DNA of 64,000 bases from Cenococcum geophilum (lineage: Eukaryota). This document shows positions 1 through 12,711 of this stretch, one piece after another. The notes under the pieces were generated by a model. The model did not search any database and was not told the DNA's origin. It was given only the letters and a program-made list of their open reading frames with translations. Both the position numbers and the translations under genes were made by a program. Numbering within the stretch: the first letter of the stretch is position 1; every line of letters begins with the position of its first letter. Location: contig CP158635.1 in assembly GCA_050273025.1 (NCBI GenBank), positions 18,600,001-18,664,000 on the forward strand. The letters are read 5' to 3'.

Positions 1-1745
1 ATCTATAAACTAGTTTATTAGTTCCTCTATATCCTATAGGTGCTAGCTCTTATAGCTAATAGCTTGCGCTATACTTAGCGTCCTTATAAATTTAGCATGC
101 GTTATTATAACAAAACATAAAACTTTTAATTAAACACTCTTTTATTCCTTGTAGTATATTATCGTCCCTCTATACGTATATATTATCTACTAGCCTCGTA
201 CCTTTTACTATATAGTAACTCTGCTTACTTCTATAGTCTCTAACGTAATAACCCTGTTTTCCGCAATTTATATAAGCTTCTTCTTTAAACTATTTCTCTT
301 ACTATAGAGTCCGCCTAAATATCTTCTGCTATTAAGATCCCTAATTCGGCCTTTACTTCTTAGACCTTTAATTACTTAATCCTTGTTCTCTAGGTTTCTA
401 TAGTTTACTCCATCTCTTATAGGCTTCTTTAGTACCACTTAGGTCTATTAGCTCTGCGCCATACTATAGTTTCTAACTTAGCTTTTGTCGTTATATACTC
501 TGTGCCTTATACGACTATAGAACTCTATTCTAGCCTCTCTTAGCCTGTTCCCTTTAGTAGATCTAATTATTAATCTTAATTGCCTAATCTATTAGTTCCC
601 TTAGGGTGTCCGCATCTTCTATTAGAATAATTACGTCCTAGACTTTAGCCTTAAGTCCCTATTTATACTATGCTATAAGCGCCCTATTATTTTACTCTAC
701 TTATATTGCTAGTGTCTAAAATTATATTGTATACTTAATTGCTAAAGTTCGTTACATAAGGTTCTGGAGTTTTCTTTTTACTATAGTTGTTTCTTCTAGG
801 TCTCTAAATATCTGCGTAAGTCGCTCTATAAATTCTTCCTAACTTAAAAATATAAATCGCATATCTTAGTTAGTAGTCGTTATTCCATTTGCCTGTATCT
901 CTATAAGGTAAGGTTTGAACTACTTAAGTGCTTTTCCTAATAAAAATAGTCCTATATAGGCTATCCGATCCATAGGTATAAGTAACTTTGCTCCTTCCTA
1001 TAAGACCTTAAAGTGCATTTATATAAGGAATCCTTTAAGCTTTAACCTCTCTCCTATAAATCTCTTAATTAATAGTAGCTTAATCTTTACTGCTCTTATC
1101 CCATTAAGTCTTTCTTCTAACACTATATTGTTAGCTATTAGCTAGTTAACTATTTTCTATAGCTATCCGACCGTCATAGGTTGCTATAAGTTAGTATCCG
1201 CTATACTAGTATTACCTCCTATCCCTAAAGTAGTTGCTGCCATTAATGGCATTATAGTAGCTGCTTTTAGTAGCATATTGTTTAACTTCTTATATTAATA
1301 CCGTAACTAGGTAGTGATTGTGTAACGGAACCTTATAGCAAGAACTACAATAGGCTTGTTATTAGGCTAGGTGTATAGGAAATGTAAGTATAAAAGTTAA
1401 CAATGTAATAATAACTAGTAGAGTGGTTGCCTAATAAATTAACTCCAATTATATTCTAAGAATTACTATAAGAAAGGAACTATCTAAGTAGGGACTAAAG
1501 GTCCTTAAATACACAACCGTACTCCTATAAAATCCTTCTTATACATAATATACGTCTTATATATAAGGTATATGAGTTCCTCTTATTCCTCTTGTTTAAT
1601 ACGTAGCATATTATATAACCTTAGTTACTATTCCTTGTCACATAGTTCTACCGGCTCTATCCTGGACCGTGCTTGAATTAACCAACTAGCTTCTTCCGTC
1701 TCTTTTCCAAGTAGTCGTAACATTGTACTTAAAGCGTCTGTAACA
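1..1745 (-). mobile_element. Gypsy/chromovirus LTR retrotransposon, family A, 5' part (5' LTR + gag relic), runs off the left edge of the window
   Basis: 1-1320 is a reverse-complement match to the gag region of the full copy at 31226-32550. LTR at 1321-1745 (TGTAAC...GTAACA) matches LTRs 30802-31225 and 38330-38753. Many RIP stops. Confidence 0.92.
1321..1745 (-). repeat. LTR (family A, 425 bp)
   Basis: TG...CA termini; reverse-complement match to 30802-31225 and 38330-38753. Confidence 0.92.
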
Positions 1746-2833
1746 GCTAAACGTTTACCTATACTTTTTATACTAAGCCTCAAAAAGCTTCCAAAGTCTC
1801 TATATATACTAAGCTCGCTAATATTACGTTAAATCCACGTCTTTAAGTCGTAAAAAGCATACTTAATTAGGTTGAACTCTGGAGAGTATAGAGGAAGATA
1901 TTCTATATAAACACCTACTTTTTTACAAAGAGCTCGGAGCTCCTATTTTATATTAATATATATATATAGTTACTCACCTAATTAACAATCTTACCTAACT
2001 TTTATATATTAATGCATTATCTATAATTAGAGTTATATAACTAGGCGTACACTACGGAAGAACTACAGCTTTAATCTATATATTAAATATCTTAGAGGTA
2101 ATAAAGCCTTAATAAATTAGAGTCCTAGGGAGGAAGCCATCACAGGTATAGGTAGGTAGTACACTCCACCTCTTAAAGCGTCGAATTAAGGAGACTTTTA
2201 CTGCAGGTAGAGCAATAGGACTTTATCTAAACTTCCTATAGCTAGTTCTCTTATTAGCTCCTAATTCGTTAATAAATACTAATTAATAAATGTCCTATAC
2301 GATTTAACGTCCCTTCTATAGGGCATGAAGATCCTCTGCTCGCTCAAGCGCCTTCCTCTATATAATCTTACGACTCCACCACAGGCGCGCAAGAGTCTTC
2401 TATATAGTTGAGAGGTTTATAGCTAAGCTGAACTCGTTATATAGGAACCAGGCCATTTTATTAAGGAATGCAGTTGGGCGATCGGCGAGAAACGCAAGTA
2501 GAGCCTATAATATCTATAAGAAAGCAGCTCTAACACCATAATATTAATTATCGCGAACCTACTTATGCATTGGTTTAAGAGCTTAAGGCCTTCCTTGCTA
2601 AGCAATATGGGGGGGGTATGGAGTTCCCCATATATCTAGAGACGTTCTCATGCGATATATAGTTGAGTAATGCACTTAGGTAGCTGCTGCGATCCATGTA
2701 ACCTTCCAGCCGTAGTATAAGGCGACGCATATTTGAAAGACGCGATAAGAAGGAATCTTGAGAGGCATAGTGAGTGTATTTAAACCAAAAAAGTAGTGCG
2801 CATTCGACGATATTCGATTTGTATGTGATTTTG
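1746..2833 (-). mobile_element. Tc1/mariner (IS630-Tc1, DDE_3-type) transposase relic, interrupted on the left by the family-A LTR element
   Basis: Minus-strand motifs VFINELGANKRT (VFIDESG), RWSVLPTYT, IDNALIYK (MDNASIHK), EYLPLYSPEFNLIKYAF (YLPPYSPEFNPIE). The right boundary near 2833 (followed by TA) is approximate. Confidence 0.8.
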
Positions 2834-2900
2834 TATATAATCAAAATATTTTGATGTGGGCGGCTCTTATCAAGCGAACTTTGCAGATGATAAGAAAACC

Positions 2901-4374
2901 TTGACTCAGCATGCTCAGACCAAGAAACCGATGAATATCCGCTGCGCGGATAATCGAATATCCGCAAGCTAACCTATTCGATCGATCGATCTGTTTCTTG
3001 GTCTGAGCCACTTTGGCAAGCTTTTGGAAGCCGAGCCGCTTTATTTGTATGAGGCAAATCATTAACTTTAACGAAATTAATGTAAGTAACCGCCACATCT
3101 ATTATCCTGTTAATACCTGTATTAGAGTCACCTTTATCAGCTCTCTAATCGATGGATTTTCCAGAACCAACTGCCGGCCATGGGTGCATCTAAAAGGCGT
3201 GGAAGAAACCCCTATTTTATTTAGCAGGAACCAGTCTTCTCAAGCTTTCGATCGAACGGTAGATATCTGGGACATCTGTATTGTGTACTAGTGCATCTAA
3301 TGCGACTAGAATTCAAATTTAAGACGTTGGGCGCACGTATTTAACATACAAATGGTCTTTATTAATATCTATAAGCGTTACGTGGTAGTTTTACACCACT
3401 TCTCTAGTAATAGCAGCATTGTAGCCGTGACAGATTAACTAGCTATAAATAGTATTACAATAGGCAGAAGGAGAAGAAGTAGGCCCAACAGCGACCTCGG
3501 CAGCAGCCTCTACAGTAACCTCTGCAACAGCCTCTATAACAGCCTCCGCAACAGCCTTCGCAATAGCCTCCGCAATAGCCTCCGTAACAGCCTCCGCAAT
3601 AGCCTCCGTAATAGCCTCCACAACAGCCTCCGCAGTAATCTCCACAGCAATCTCCGCAGCAATCTCCGTAGCGGTCTCCGCAGTCTCTGCAGTAGCCTCC
3701 GTGCTATTGCTCTAGTTGTAACCAGCCACGCCAACCCTTCTAACTTAGCCGGTTTAAAACTTGCGAGATTTGCTATATAACCAATAAAAAAGCTCTATAC
3801 TAAAGGTCTAAGCGGACGCAGTTATATAACTAATAACGGCTAGGATGGTTGCTAGTAGCCTAGATGGTAGTGGCTAAAGCAGCTAGAGTAGGGGACGGTA
3901 TGGCAGCAGTAGCAGTAATGGCAGTAGTGGCAGCAGTAGGGCAGCAGTAGGGCAGTAGTAGGGTAGTAGTAGGGTAGTAGCAGGTTAGTAGTAGGGCAGT
4001 AGCAGGGCAGTAAAAATTGAGGGCTGTAAGTTCTTGGAAAATTTGGCAGAATTCTCGTATTGTATACTTTGGCAAACCATGTTACGGCTATTTTAAAATT
4101 AATGTTAGGAACGGGAAGGCAGGGAGACTTTTTATATAGACCATTTGATTCGCCAGAGCTTAATATATAATCGATGGATTTTTCAAGCTGCCCAAACTCG
4201 TTATAATAATAAAAAGTGAATATCCGTAATATTAGCAATGTGGATTTAGCGACGTGCTTTATAAACGTCTGCCAAAGTGTCTCAGACCACACAGGGACAG
4301 ATGGCCTAAACTAGTTTAGTGCCATCGGGCCGGATTTATCCGGCGTCCCATGTGGTCTGAGCATGCTGAGACAA
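2901..4374. mobile_element. Non-autonomous Mutator-like (MULE) TIR element, 1474 bp, 9-bp TSD
   Basis: Flanking direct repeat AAGAAAACC at 2892-2900 and 4375-4383. Terminal inverted repeat TTG(A/T)CTCAGCATGCTCAGACCA, with a second inverted block TGGTCTGAG(C/A)CACTTTGGCA ~85-100 bp inside each end. The superfamily is inferred from TSD length only. Confidence 0.78.
3490..3705 (+). repeat. 12-bp degenerate tandem repeat (GCAACAGCCTCC-like; Q/P-rich if coding) inside the MULE-like element
   Basis: Repeated cagcctccgca / tagcctccgta units; these explain the low-complexity ORFs 3439-3645 and 3534-3734. Confidence 0.75.
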
Positions 4375-4516
4375 AAGAAAACCACTGTAAGAAGCCGCAC
4401 GTGACTACGCGGCCGCCTCGATCGCCGAACGTATGAACATCATCATCATTTTCACATCATGCAGCCCACAATTATATGCTTGAACTCTTATCCCGTGGTC
4501 GTGGAACCCTAGGAAG

Positions 4517-6827
4517 ATGGCAGAATCAATGGATATTGGGTCCGAAGCTCCTCGAGGAACCAAACGGAAGGCAGATGAAGTGCATCTACCAGATGCACCG
4601 CGAAGGATTAAAGCGCTATCCCAAGATGTCGTTAACAAAATCGCCGCCGGCGAGATCATTGTTGCTCCAGTCCATGCTTTGAAAGAGTTGATAGAGAACG
4701 CTGTTGATGCGGGCTCAACTGCTCTCGAGATCCTGGTTAAGGATGGTGGTTTGAAGCTCCTGCAGATCACAGACAACGGACACGGTATAGATGTAAGCAT
4801 TGTAATTACTAACGTATTCCTATACTAACAGTGTGTAGCGGGAAGATCTGGCCATCCTTTGTGAGCGTTTCACTACCTCTAAGCTGAAGGCGTTTGAGGA
4901 TCTGACCTCAATCGGGACGTACGGCTTTCGCGGTGAAGCTCTGGCAAGTATTAGCCACATAGCTCATCTTAGCGTCACTACAAGGACGAAAGAATCGAGC
5001 TGCGCTTGGCGGGCTCATTATGCAGATGGAAAGCTCATCTCACCGAAACCAGGCCAGAGTCCTGACCCAAAGCCAGTCGCTGGTCGTCAAGGAACTCAAA
5101 TAACGGTTGGGCTAGCACTAGTCTCCACCTGAGTCTATTTTATTTACTGTTTTTAGGTTGAGGATTTATTTTATAACGTTCCCTCTCGCCGGCGGGCTTT
5201 TCGTTCCGTGAGTGAGGAGTATGCGAAGATTCTTGATCTCGTCGGCCGTTACGCTGTTCACTGCAGCGGAGTATCATTCACATGTAAGAAACATGGTGAT
5301 TCAACCATGGGAATCTCCGTGCCGGCAATTGCTGGGACCGTTGACCGGATCCGTCAAGTTTACGGCAGCCCTGTTGCCAACGAATTGATTGAATTTAAGG
5401 CCGCAAATGATCGCTGGGGTTTCAAATCGGAGGGATGGATCAGTAACGCAAATTACAGCGTCAAGCGGACTACTCTTTTGCTCTTCATCAATCATCGATC
5501 TGTTGAATCATCAACCATCAAGAAGGCCGTTGAGCAGACTTATACTACCTTCCTTCCGAAAGGAGGGCACCCATTCATCTATCTGAGTCTGGAGATTGAC
5601 CCACATCGCGTCGATGTCAATATTCATCCAACAAAACGAGAAGTCAACTTTCTCAACGAAGACGAAATCATTGAAATCATTTGCGATGAAATTCGAGCAA
5701 GCCTAGGTAAAGTCGACACTAGCAGGTCTTTCATGACGCAAAGTTTACTACCAGGGGCCAGGGCTCCCCTAGCGTCTGTGGCACCATCGCCAATGGGGGA
5801 TTCGGGACAGGGAAGCTCAGGTCCCACTACACCTGCTGGCCCTTCCCATAAGTTTCCATCGCAGAAAACATTGACAAAAAGGCCCTATGAAAACAATCTT
5901 GTTCGAACCGATGCTAGTGTTAGAAAGATAACATCCATGCTCCCCGCTGGACAGCATCCGCCTTCGGATTCTGCGCCTCAGGACGAAACAGCCATCGACG
6001 ACATGGAATACGAATATTCTGAGAAGGAACCTACGCTTTGTCGGCTAACTACAGTCAAGGACCTCCGAGCAGAAGTTCGGGATAATATGCACAATGAGTT
6101 GACAGACGTCTTCGCGGGACATACATTCGTTGGCCTAGTAGATGAGCGGAGAAGGATTGCAGCCATCCAGGGAGGAGTAAAACTCTATCTCGTTGACTAT
6201 GGCATGGTTTGCAACGAATACTTCTACCAGGTTGGCTTGACCGATTTTGGAAATTTCGGCAGCATTCGATTTGATCCTGCCTTGAATCTGAAAGATCTTT
6301 TGCGTATTGCTGCAGCTCACGAAAAGGACGTAGCTGAGACTGATGACGAGGTTGACTGGGATGAAGTCGTTTCTATCGTCAAGGATCAATTAGTCAGTCG
6401 TCGTGATATGCTTGCGGAGTATTTCTCCTTGGAAATATCGGAGGAGGGTAATTTGCTTGGAATTCCTATCTTGATTAAGGGATACATGCCCTCACTAGCC
6501 AAGCTCCCCCAGTTCCTCCTACGGCTAGGACCTCATGTTGACTGGACGGATGAAAAAGGTTGTTTCCACAGCTTTCTTCGGGAACTAGCCAGTTTTTACG
6601 TGCCAGAATCACTTCCGAATCCTCCATTACCAGACGAGGACGGAGCGGAAACCACAGCAACGGAAGGCCCAGAAATTGTGGCAAGAAGGAAGCAGCTCAC
6701 CCGCGCAATTGAATATGTCATCTTCCCAGCATTCAAGGCTAGATTAGTTGCTACCAAAGGTCTGCTAAAAGGCGTTATGGAAGTTGCCAATCTCAAGGGC
6801 TTATACAGGGTATTCGAACGATGCTGA
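4517..6827 (+). CDS. MLH1: DNA mismatch repair protein Mlh1 (MutL homolog), join(4517..4792,4839..5105,5157..6827), ~737 aa
   Basis: GHKL ATPase motifs [58 protein letters not shown]-terminal LYRVFERC typical of MLH1. GT-AG introns at 4793-4838 (branch site TACTAAC) and 5106-5156 join in frame. Confidence 0.98.
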
Positions 6828-7639
6828 ACTGTTCAGCAATTCCCTGAATACTCCAGAGGACGTTACAATGTTTTTAAAATTATGCCGAAAATCGTACACC
6901 CCGAATGGTTTCAAAGGATTCCTCTCGGCATTCCATAGATATGGGCGGCTGATTCGGAAAGCCACTGAGCGATATATTATGATGCGGTTCGCACTTGCAG
7001 CAATGCATTGGACGGTTCATTGAAACACTTGTTCACTTTTGCGGGTAGAATAATAAAAAAAGCCATCTCTGAAGCAAATATCCCAGCAACGGTAAAATTC
7101 GTCCACACATTTATCGACAAGGCTTAGCCAATAGGATCAATAGGATCTAGAGGCATGCTGAGAAATATAAGGTTGATGATATTTGTCGATTGCAATACAA
7201 TATTCCTATATACACTCAATATGCCGAGTTGAACCGCTCTAGATGAGGTAGCCAACATTTATCGCCTCTATAGAAAGGTATCGGAGGTCCGGGTTAGGCT
7301 TGGCATAACCTCGGGTTACGCACGACCCCCCAAGGTCCGCGACTATCGTCCAAATATCACCCCCCCCTTTGGTGGTGGCCCCTACTTTTCGGACGCGTTT
7401 TTAAGGCCTAGGTTAGTACTAGGTTAGTATAGAGGGCCTCAGCGCGCCTTCGACCTCACCGTCGCCTTAACGATCCATTTTCCAACCCTCTCTTGTCCTT
7501 GTGCCCGCACTAGCTCGTATAGGGCTTCTAATTTTATATAGAAAGGCCTACCGTAATTATAATTATATAATATAGAGCCCTCTTCTTCTTCTCCTCCTTT
7601 AATATTTACGCGTTTAGTAGCATTATTTACCCGCGCCGC

Positions 7640-10600
7640 GCTTATGCGTTTCCCCCTTACCTCTTACGGATATAGAGTATTTTAAGAATCTCCTTACCTT
7701 ATGGTCCACTTTACGGTCGACAGAAGCCCCCCTAGCCTTCTCCCCCTATAGCCTCTAGAGCGAATTTAAGGCCCAAACAGCACGGCTATACAATATTCAT
7801 AAGGCCTAGCGCTTAAAAAATACTATAAGGGCGTATAAGCTAAAGTAGAAAGAGTAGGAAGACTAGTATATAAAACTAGAAGGTAATATGGACGGCGCCT
7901 AGGTAATAGAAGATAAGCTTTACCTATTTTTAGAGTAGTAAGTTATTAACTAAGAATTATAGGCTGCTAGCTATTAAAAATGGAAGTTAAAATAGAAAGA
8001 GATATGGAAAGATAGCGAGCGGGTAAAGAAAAGGTAGAAGACGGTTAAGCGGCTAAGGTAGCTAGGGGGGAAGGCAGCCGTAGGGGTAGCTATAGGGGCA
8101 GCCGTAGGTATAGGGGAGGAAGCTATAAAGGAGGAAGGGGAGATATAGGATAAGGAGGCCCTAGACGCCCTATTTAATAAAATAGTCCGATACTTAGTTA
8201 TAAATAGCTATATCTTTACTATTACTAAGCTTTATATATAGTAGTTGGAAGGTAAGACCTTATAGCCGCTATAGGGGGTAAAGCTCTTAGTAGTACTAGA
8301 CAGCGTCCGCCGTAATAAGGACCGGATTTAACGCGTTAACTTTATTAATTAAGGCCTATTTATAATTACTAGCGGCTATAATATTAAAGGGCTTAAAAAG
8401 GTAATTACTTAGTACTAAAAGGTAGGCTCTAAGATACTAGGTTTAGTTAAGTCTTACCTTTAAACTATAGCTAAGCATTTATTAGGTTCGTATATACCCT
8501 ATCCAGTCTATATAGCTGCCGTTTTCTAACCTATTCCTTAGGCTATACTACCATTACCCATAGTAAAAGTAGATAAGATGTTTAGCTTACTAACCTTATT
8601 TTTATTAAACTAGAGAATAAAGGGCTTAAACTAGACGAGTTAGCGCCGTGTATAATTATGTTAATAATATAAGGGAAGTAGAATTAGTATGGTAAGGTTA
8701 AGTATATAGGCTATATATGGAACGCTAACCCTATCCTCCACCCCCTCTCTATAATGTCTTTTTACTTCTTTAACCACTAGGGTAAAGATAGCGCTAAGAG
8801 CTTCCTATCCTTTTAATAGCTGGAGGACTATTATAACCTATACGTCTTCCCTGGTAGTATTAAAGTACTATAACGGCCGCTAAGCTATTATACGCAATTT
8901 AAATAAAATAAAAAGATGTTTTAGGGGGTAGGAATTTACTTAAAAGAGAAAACCTATATTGCCTATAAGCAGAGCGTCCAGTATACTAAGCTTAGCGGCG
9001 TTAAGAAGACCTAAATTAGACGGGCTAGATGCTGGAATATAGATGCGATAATAGGAGCCTACCTTAGCTACCTACCCTATGCGTTTATACGGTTAATCGC
9101 CGGCTTCTTAAAGGAAGGAAAGGGCTACTTTCTCCTATATATATAAGAGGTGCCAAAGAAGGCCCTTTATTTAAAGATATAGCCTAAGACTAATATTTGG
9201 CTAAAACGTATAAAGGCCTACTACCTAGGTAGGGCTGATAATAAGGTTATATAGCTTAACCTTATAGGCTTAGGATTTCTACGCCTCCTCTATATGCTTA
9301 GGGTAATCCTATTATAGGACTTAGTAATCCTATATAAGCAGTTCCCGCTCTACTCCCTATAAAAGGACCCCCTCTTTAGCTATAAGGAGTACTAGAGGTT
9401 TACCGCGTAGGTAGAAAGCTTACTAGCTAACGTAGTTACGCTAAATGAGCTAATAATACGGAAATACTGGCCCGCCTATAAGGCCGTAACTAAGCTAAGA
9501 TATAAGGCCGCAATCTCTAAAATAAAGGGGGTTTAATTACGCGTGTAGATAATCTTAGAACGCCTTAGCGAGATAAAAAGGTTATTAGCATTATTTATAC
9601 CTTATAGATTTAGTAAGGGAAGATGGGCATCTAAATAGGGCCTACGGAGTCCGTACGTCCGTCTTTAAACGGCCCTATATTTATACCTAAGTCCGTTCCT
9701 AAATACGTTAACGGCTAGATTTAGACTTGCTATTAAGCAAGCTGGCTTAATAGCTTACTTGGCTTACTTAATTAGTAATTAAGTAAGCCAGTAAGCCGAA
9801 GGGCCTAATTTGGGCAAGCCAGCAAGCTAAAAGAGGGCCTACTTGCTTGCTTGCTTACCCGCTTAATAGGAAATATATATATATAATTTTAGTAGAGATC
9901 TAAAGTTTATAATAGATTTTGGTGTTATAGATAAACGATTTTAGATATTTCTAAGTATGCAAATAGAGTAAATAGGACTATTTAGGTAATATACTAGCTG
10001 CGTGGCTTAAAGCTCTATTGACGCGTCTAACAAATATAAAGCTTAAAAAACTCTGCCGCTACTACTAGACGATTACCTATTAGCAAACTACTTGGCTGAA
10101 GCTTGCATAGATGGCTCTTAATATATTAACTATACTGGCTATAAGCGACGACTGCGAATAGGTATTTGGTGAAGCTAGTGATCTACTAGAACCGCGTTTC
10201 TTAAAGCTTCGCCCTAATATTATTACTGCTTTATAGTATAATCGCAGCTATTTAAGAATAGGCTTTAAGGATCTTATAGATAAGGTAATAAGTTTACCGG
10301 GATTAGTATAATTAGTAGCTAACTGTTAGAGTTAACAGTAGGATCTTTCTACTAAAGCCTTCCTACTAAAGCCTTCCTAGCGAAACCTTCCTCATTACTA
10401 TGCTAAGCCTTATAATAGACATCCTTAGCTACGCGAACTTCCTTATTATATTATCTCTATGCTATCTTATATTTTAATGACTATAAATCAGGGCTGTAGA
10501 GGAGCTTTTTAGCCAATTAGTGGTTAGGGGGCTTAATTTTATATATTACTCTAAAATATTTATAAAATTAAGCAAGCCTTTAAGCAAGCTAAGCAAGCCG

Positions 10601-11207
10601 ACTGTTTTGACCTATTAAGCTAAGTAAGCTAGCTTTAGGTGCGAAAAGTTTTAAGCTAGCAAGCTAAGGCTTTCTGGCTTGGCTTGCTTGCTTAATAGCA
10701 AGTCTAGCTAGATTCTATCTTTAGATAAACCCTTTTTTGTATATTTAACCCCTATAGAGATACTAAGGGGTTCTTAACTGTTTACTGCTGTAGAGCCTAC
10801 TATAGAGCCTACCACAAAGCCTACTTAGCCGTTTACCATAACGTCTACTATACCCCCGCCGCAGCTACCACAGGCTAACGCTTAGCCTTTCCTATTTATT
10901 CTTAATTTATAAGCACCGCTAAGGAAATATAAGATGCTTTAGGGCGGTAATTTAGTGTTCTAGCTCTAGGCTAAGTAGACTTTAGGGCTAGTAGGTGGGC
11001 CGTTAATTAAAGCTTTTAATCGCTGCTAGGGGGTATACTAGTAGGTTAATAGCGAGGCTATATTCTACAGCCGTCGCCGTAGGATAATTAAGGATATAAG
11101 ACGGCGTGTAGAAGACGGTACGGCAAGAGATAAGAGATAGGCTATCAACCAGCTGGAATAGCTACGAGGTTAGCATTCTTTAGATTAGCTTTATAAGAAT
11201 ATCTAAA
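7640..11207 (+). pseudogene. Crypton tyrosine recombinase + GCR1_C-like domain pseudogene (start approximate; split by hAT insertion)
   Basis: Motifs as above, with many TAA/TAG replacing CAA/CAG/TGG codons. Confidence 0.78.
9722..10706 (+). mobile_element. Non-autonomous hAT element (985 bp) inserted in Crypton 1
   Basis: TIR TAGACTTGCTATTAAGCAAGC at both ends; 8-bp TSD GCTAGATT (9714-9721, 10707-10714); internal hAT dimerisation-domain remnant WLKLA*MALNILTILAISDDCE*VF (~10090-10260); AAGC/GCTT subterminal repeats. Confidence 0.92.
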
Positions 11208-11214
11208 TAGTTAT

Positions 11215-11455
11215 TTTACTATAGTAATTAAGACGCCTTAATATATAACTATACTACAGTAACTAAGACGCCTGTATACGATTATACTACAGTAACTAAG
11301 ACGCCTTAATATATAACTATACTATAGTAACTAAGACGTCTTAATATAGGATTATACTAGTAACCGAGACGTCTTAATATAGGACTATACTATAGTGACT
11401 AAGACGTCTTAATATAGGACTATACTATAGTAACTAAGACGCCTTAATATAGGAA
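11215..11455. repeat. Minisatellite, ~7 copies of a 33-35 bp unit (TACTATAGTAACTAAGACGCCTTAATATAGGACTA-like) in the Crypton 1 3' region
   Basis: AGACG(C/T)C recurs at ~35-bp spacing with no unique spacers. Confidence 0.85.
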
Positions 11456-12711
11456 TAGAGCCCGTTTAGGTGTTATAAATTTAGAGTAACATTACGCGAC
11501 CGCCCAGAAGTACCAATCTAACATAAATTATATACCTTTTCGCCTAAAATCGTGTGCGAAAGTACTCGGGGGCGGTCGCTGCGCGACCTCGTGCGGGGTT
11601 CGGGCGTGTTATTAGTAGGGGTAGCCCTAACCTCGTATTAACCCGGGTCGTAACCGCGCCAAATCAGCCCCCCCAATATGTGATAGATATTAGGGAGGGC
11701 GTAACTCCTTATTAGACACTTATTCTACCTTAAAGAAGCTTTAGTAACCCTTATTAAGTAACCTTATACCCCTATATATAGTGTATATAGCGGTATTATT
11801 AACTAAGCTTAAAGGAGAGTGTTAGAAAATAAGCCCGTAACGATATTACGTAATAAAACTTATAGGAGAAATCTCTTAGCAGGAATCTAACCAATTAGGT
11901 AACTTTAACCGTCGGTTAAAGTTCCTTAAAATCTCTTTAACCACCTATATAGAAAATAAGCAATATATAGAGTTTTAGCTCTATAACCTTAATTTAACAA
12001 TATAAGCACCCTACTAAACTTATACCGCACTAAAATAAGCCCCTAGGGGCTATAGATAAAGGTTTTAATAGAAGACTTAATAGAAGACCCCTTAGTATTT
12101 TAGAGATATATACTATTTACAAGCTTTTCTACCTGCTTAAAGCCGTTTATAAAGCTAATCTAGTAAGTACTGCATCTGCTCCTACCGTAGATTAACCTAC
12201 TATATAGCCGCTTCCTCGCTAGCCCTCTAGGCCTACGCGATCCGCTCAGTCTCCTTAATAACCTTAAGTCGTAGGGAATACCATTAAAGCTCGTTCTACT
12301 GGCTAGCCCACTATTTACTACCCCATTTAGAATCTAGCGCTGCTATAAAAGGATTACCTCTAAGCCCTTTAGTTTACTTACGCTAAAGGGCCCGTACGGA
12401 CTTTATTACGCGGCACATATAATATACGGGCGGCTGCTTAGACTTAGGCCCTTACTATGGCTATAGTTACGGCTGTAGCTATAGTTGCGGCTGCGGCTAT
12501 AGCTGCGGCGGCGCTAGCAAAGGGGAAGCTATAGCGCTCGCCTAGGCTGACGTATACTAGCTTAATCCCGTAATAGATAGAGGCGCTAGTAGATATACCG
12601 TTAGTAGATATACTATTAATAGCCGTGCTAAAAGAACCTTAAGCTAAAAGGTAAGGCTACTAGATATAAGCAATTAAAGCTATAAAGACTACGCCTACTG
12701 GGACTTAGCTA

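Larger units (their letters stand above)
7306..11635 (+). mobile_element. Crypton (tyrosine-recombinase DNA transposon) copy 1, RIP-inactivated
   Basis: De-RIPped translation gives RSKNTTRAYEPKQKEW, RGESRRDVQLADL..ELENEG, QGKQNQHGKVEYMG..RNADPILCPL, KTHIARKQ..DQIRRA..WN..M.GAYL (Crypton/NDC10-II-type YR) and a C-terminal GCR1_C-like domain ending ~11207. The ends are tentative: TAACCTCG direct repeat at 7306-7313 and 11628-11635. Confidence 0.82.

Noticed and set aside
3439..4292. ORFs 3439-3645, 3534-3734, 3852-4292, 3860-4075 (AEAV/RRLL/YCP repeats)
   Set aside because: By-products of 12-bp low-complexity repeats within a RIPped TE interior.
5208..6827. 539-aa ORF as a standalone gene
   Set aside because: It is exon 3 of MLH1; the GTG start is an ORF-caller artefact.
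4405..7023. Short ORFs overlapping MLH1 on either strand
   Set aside because: Shadow frames of the real gene with no independent support.
11215..11455. CRISPR-like array
   Set aside because: Head-to-tail degenerate units with no unique spacers, eukaryotic context, no cas genes.
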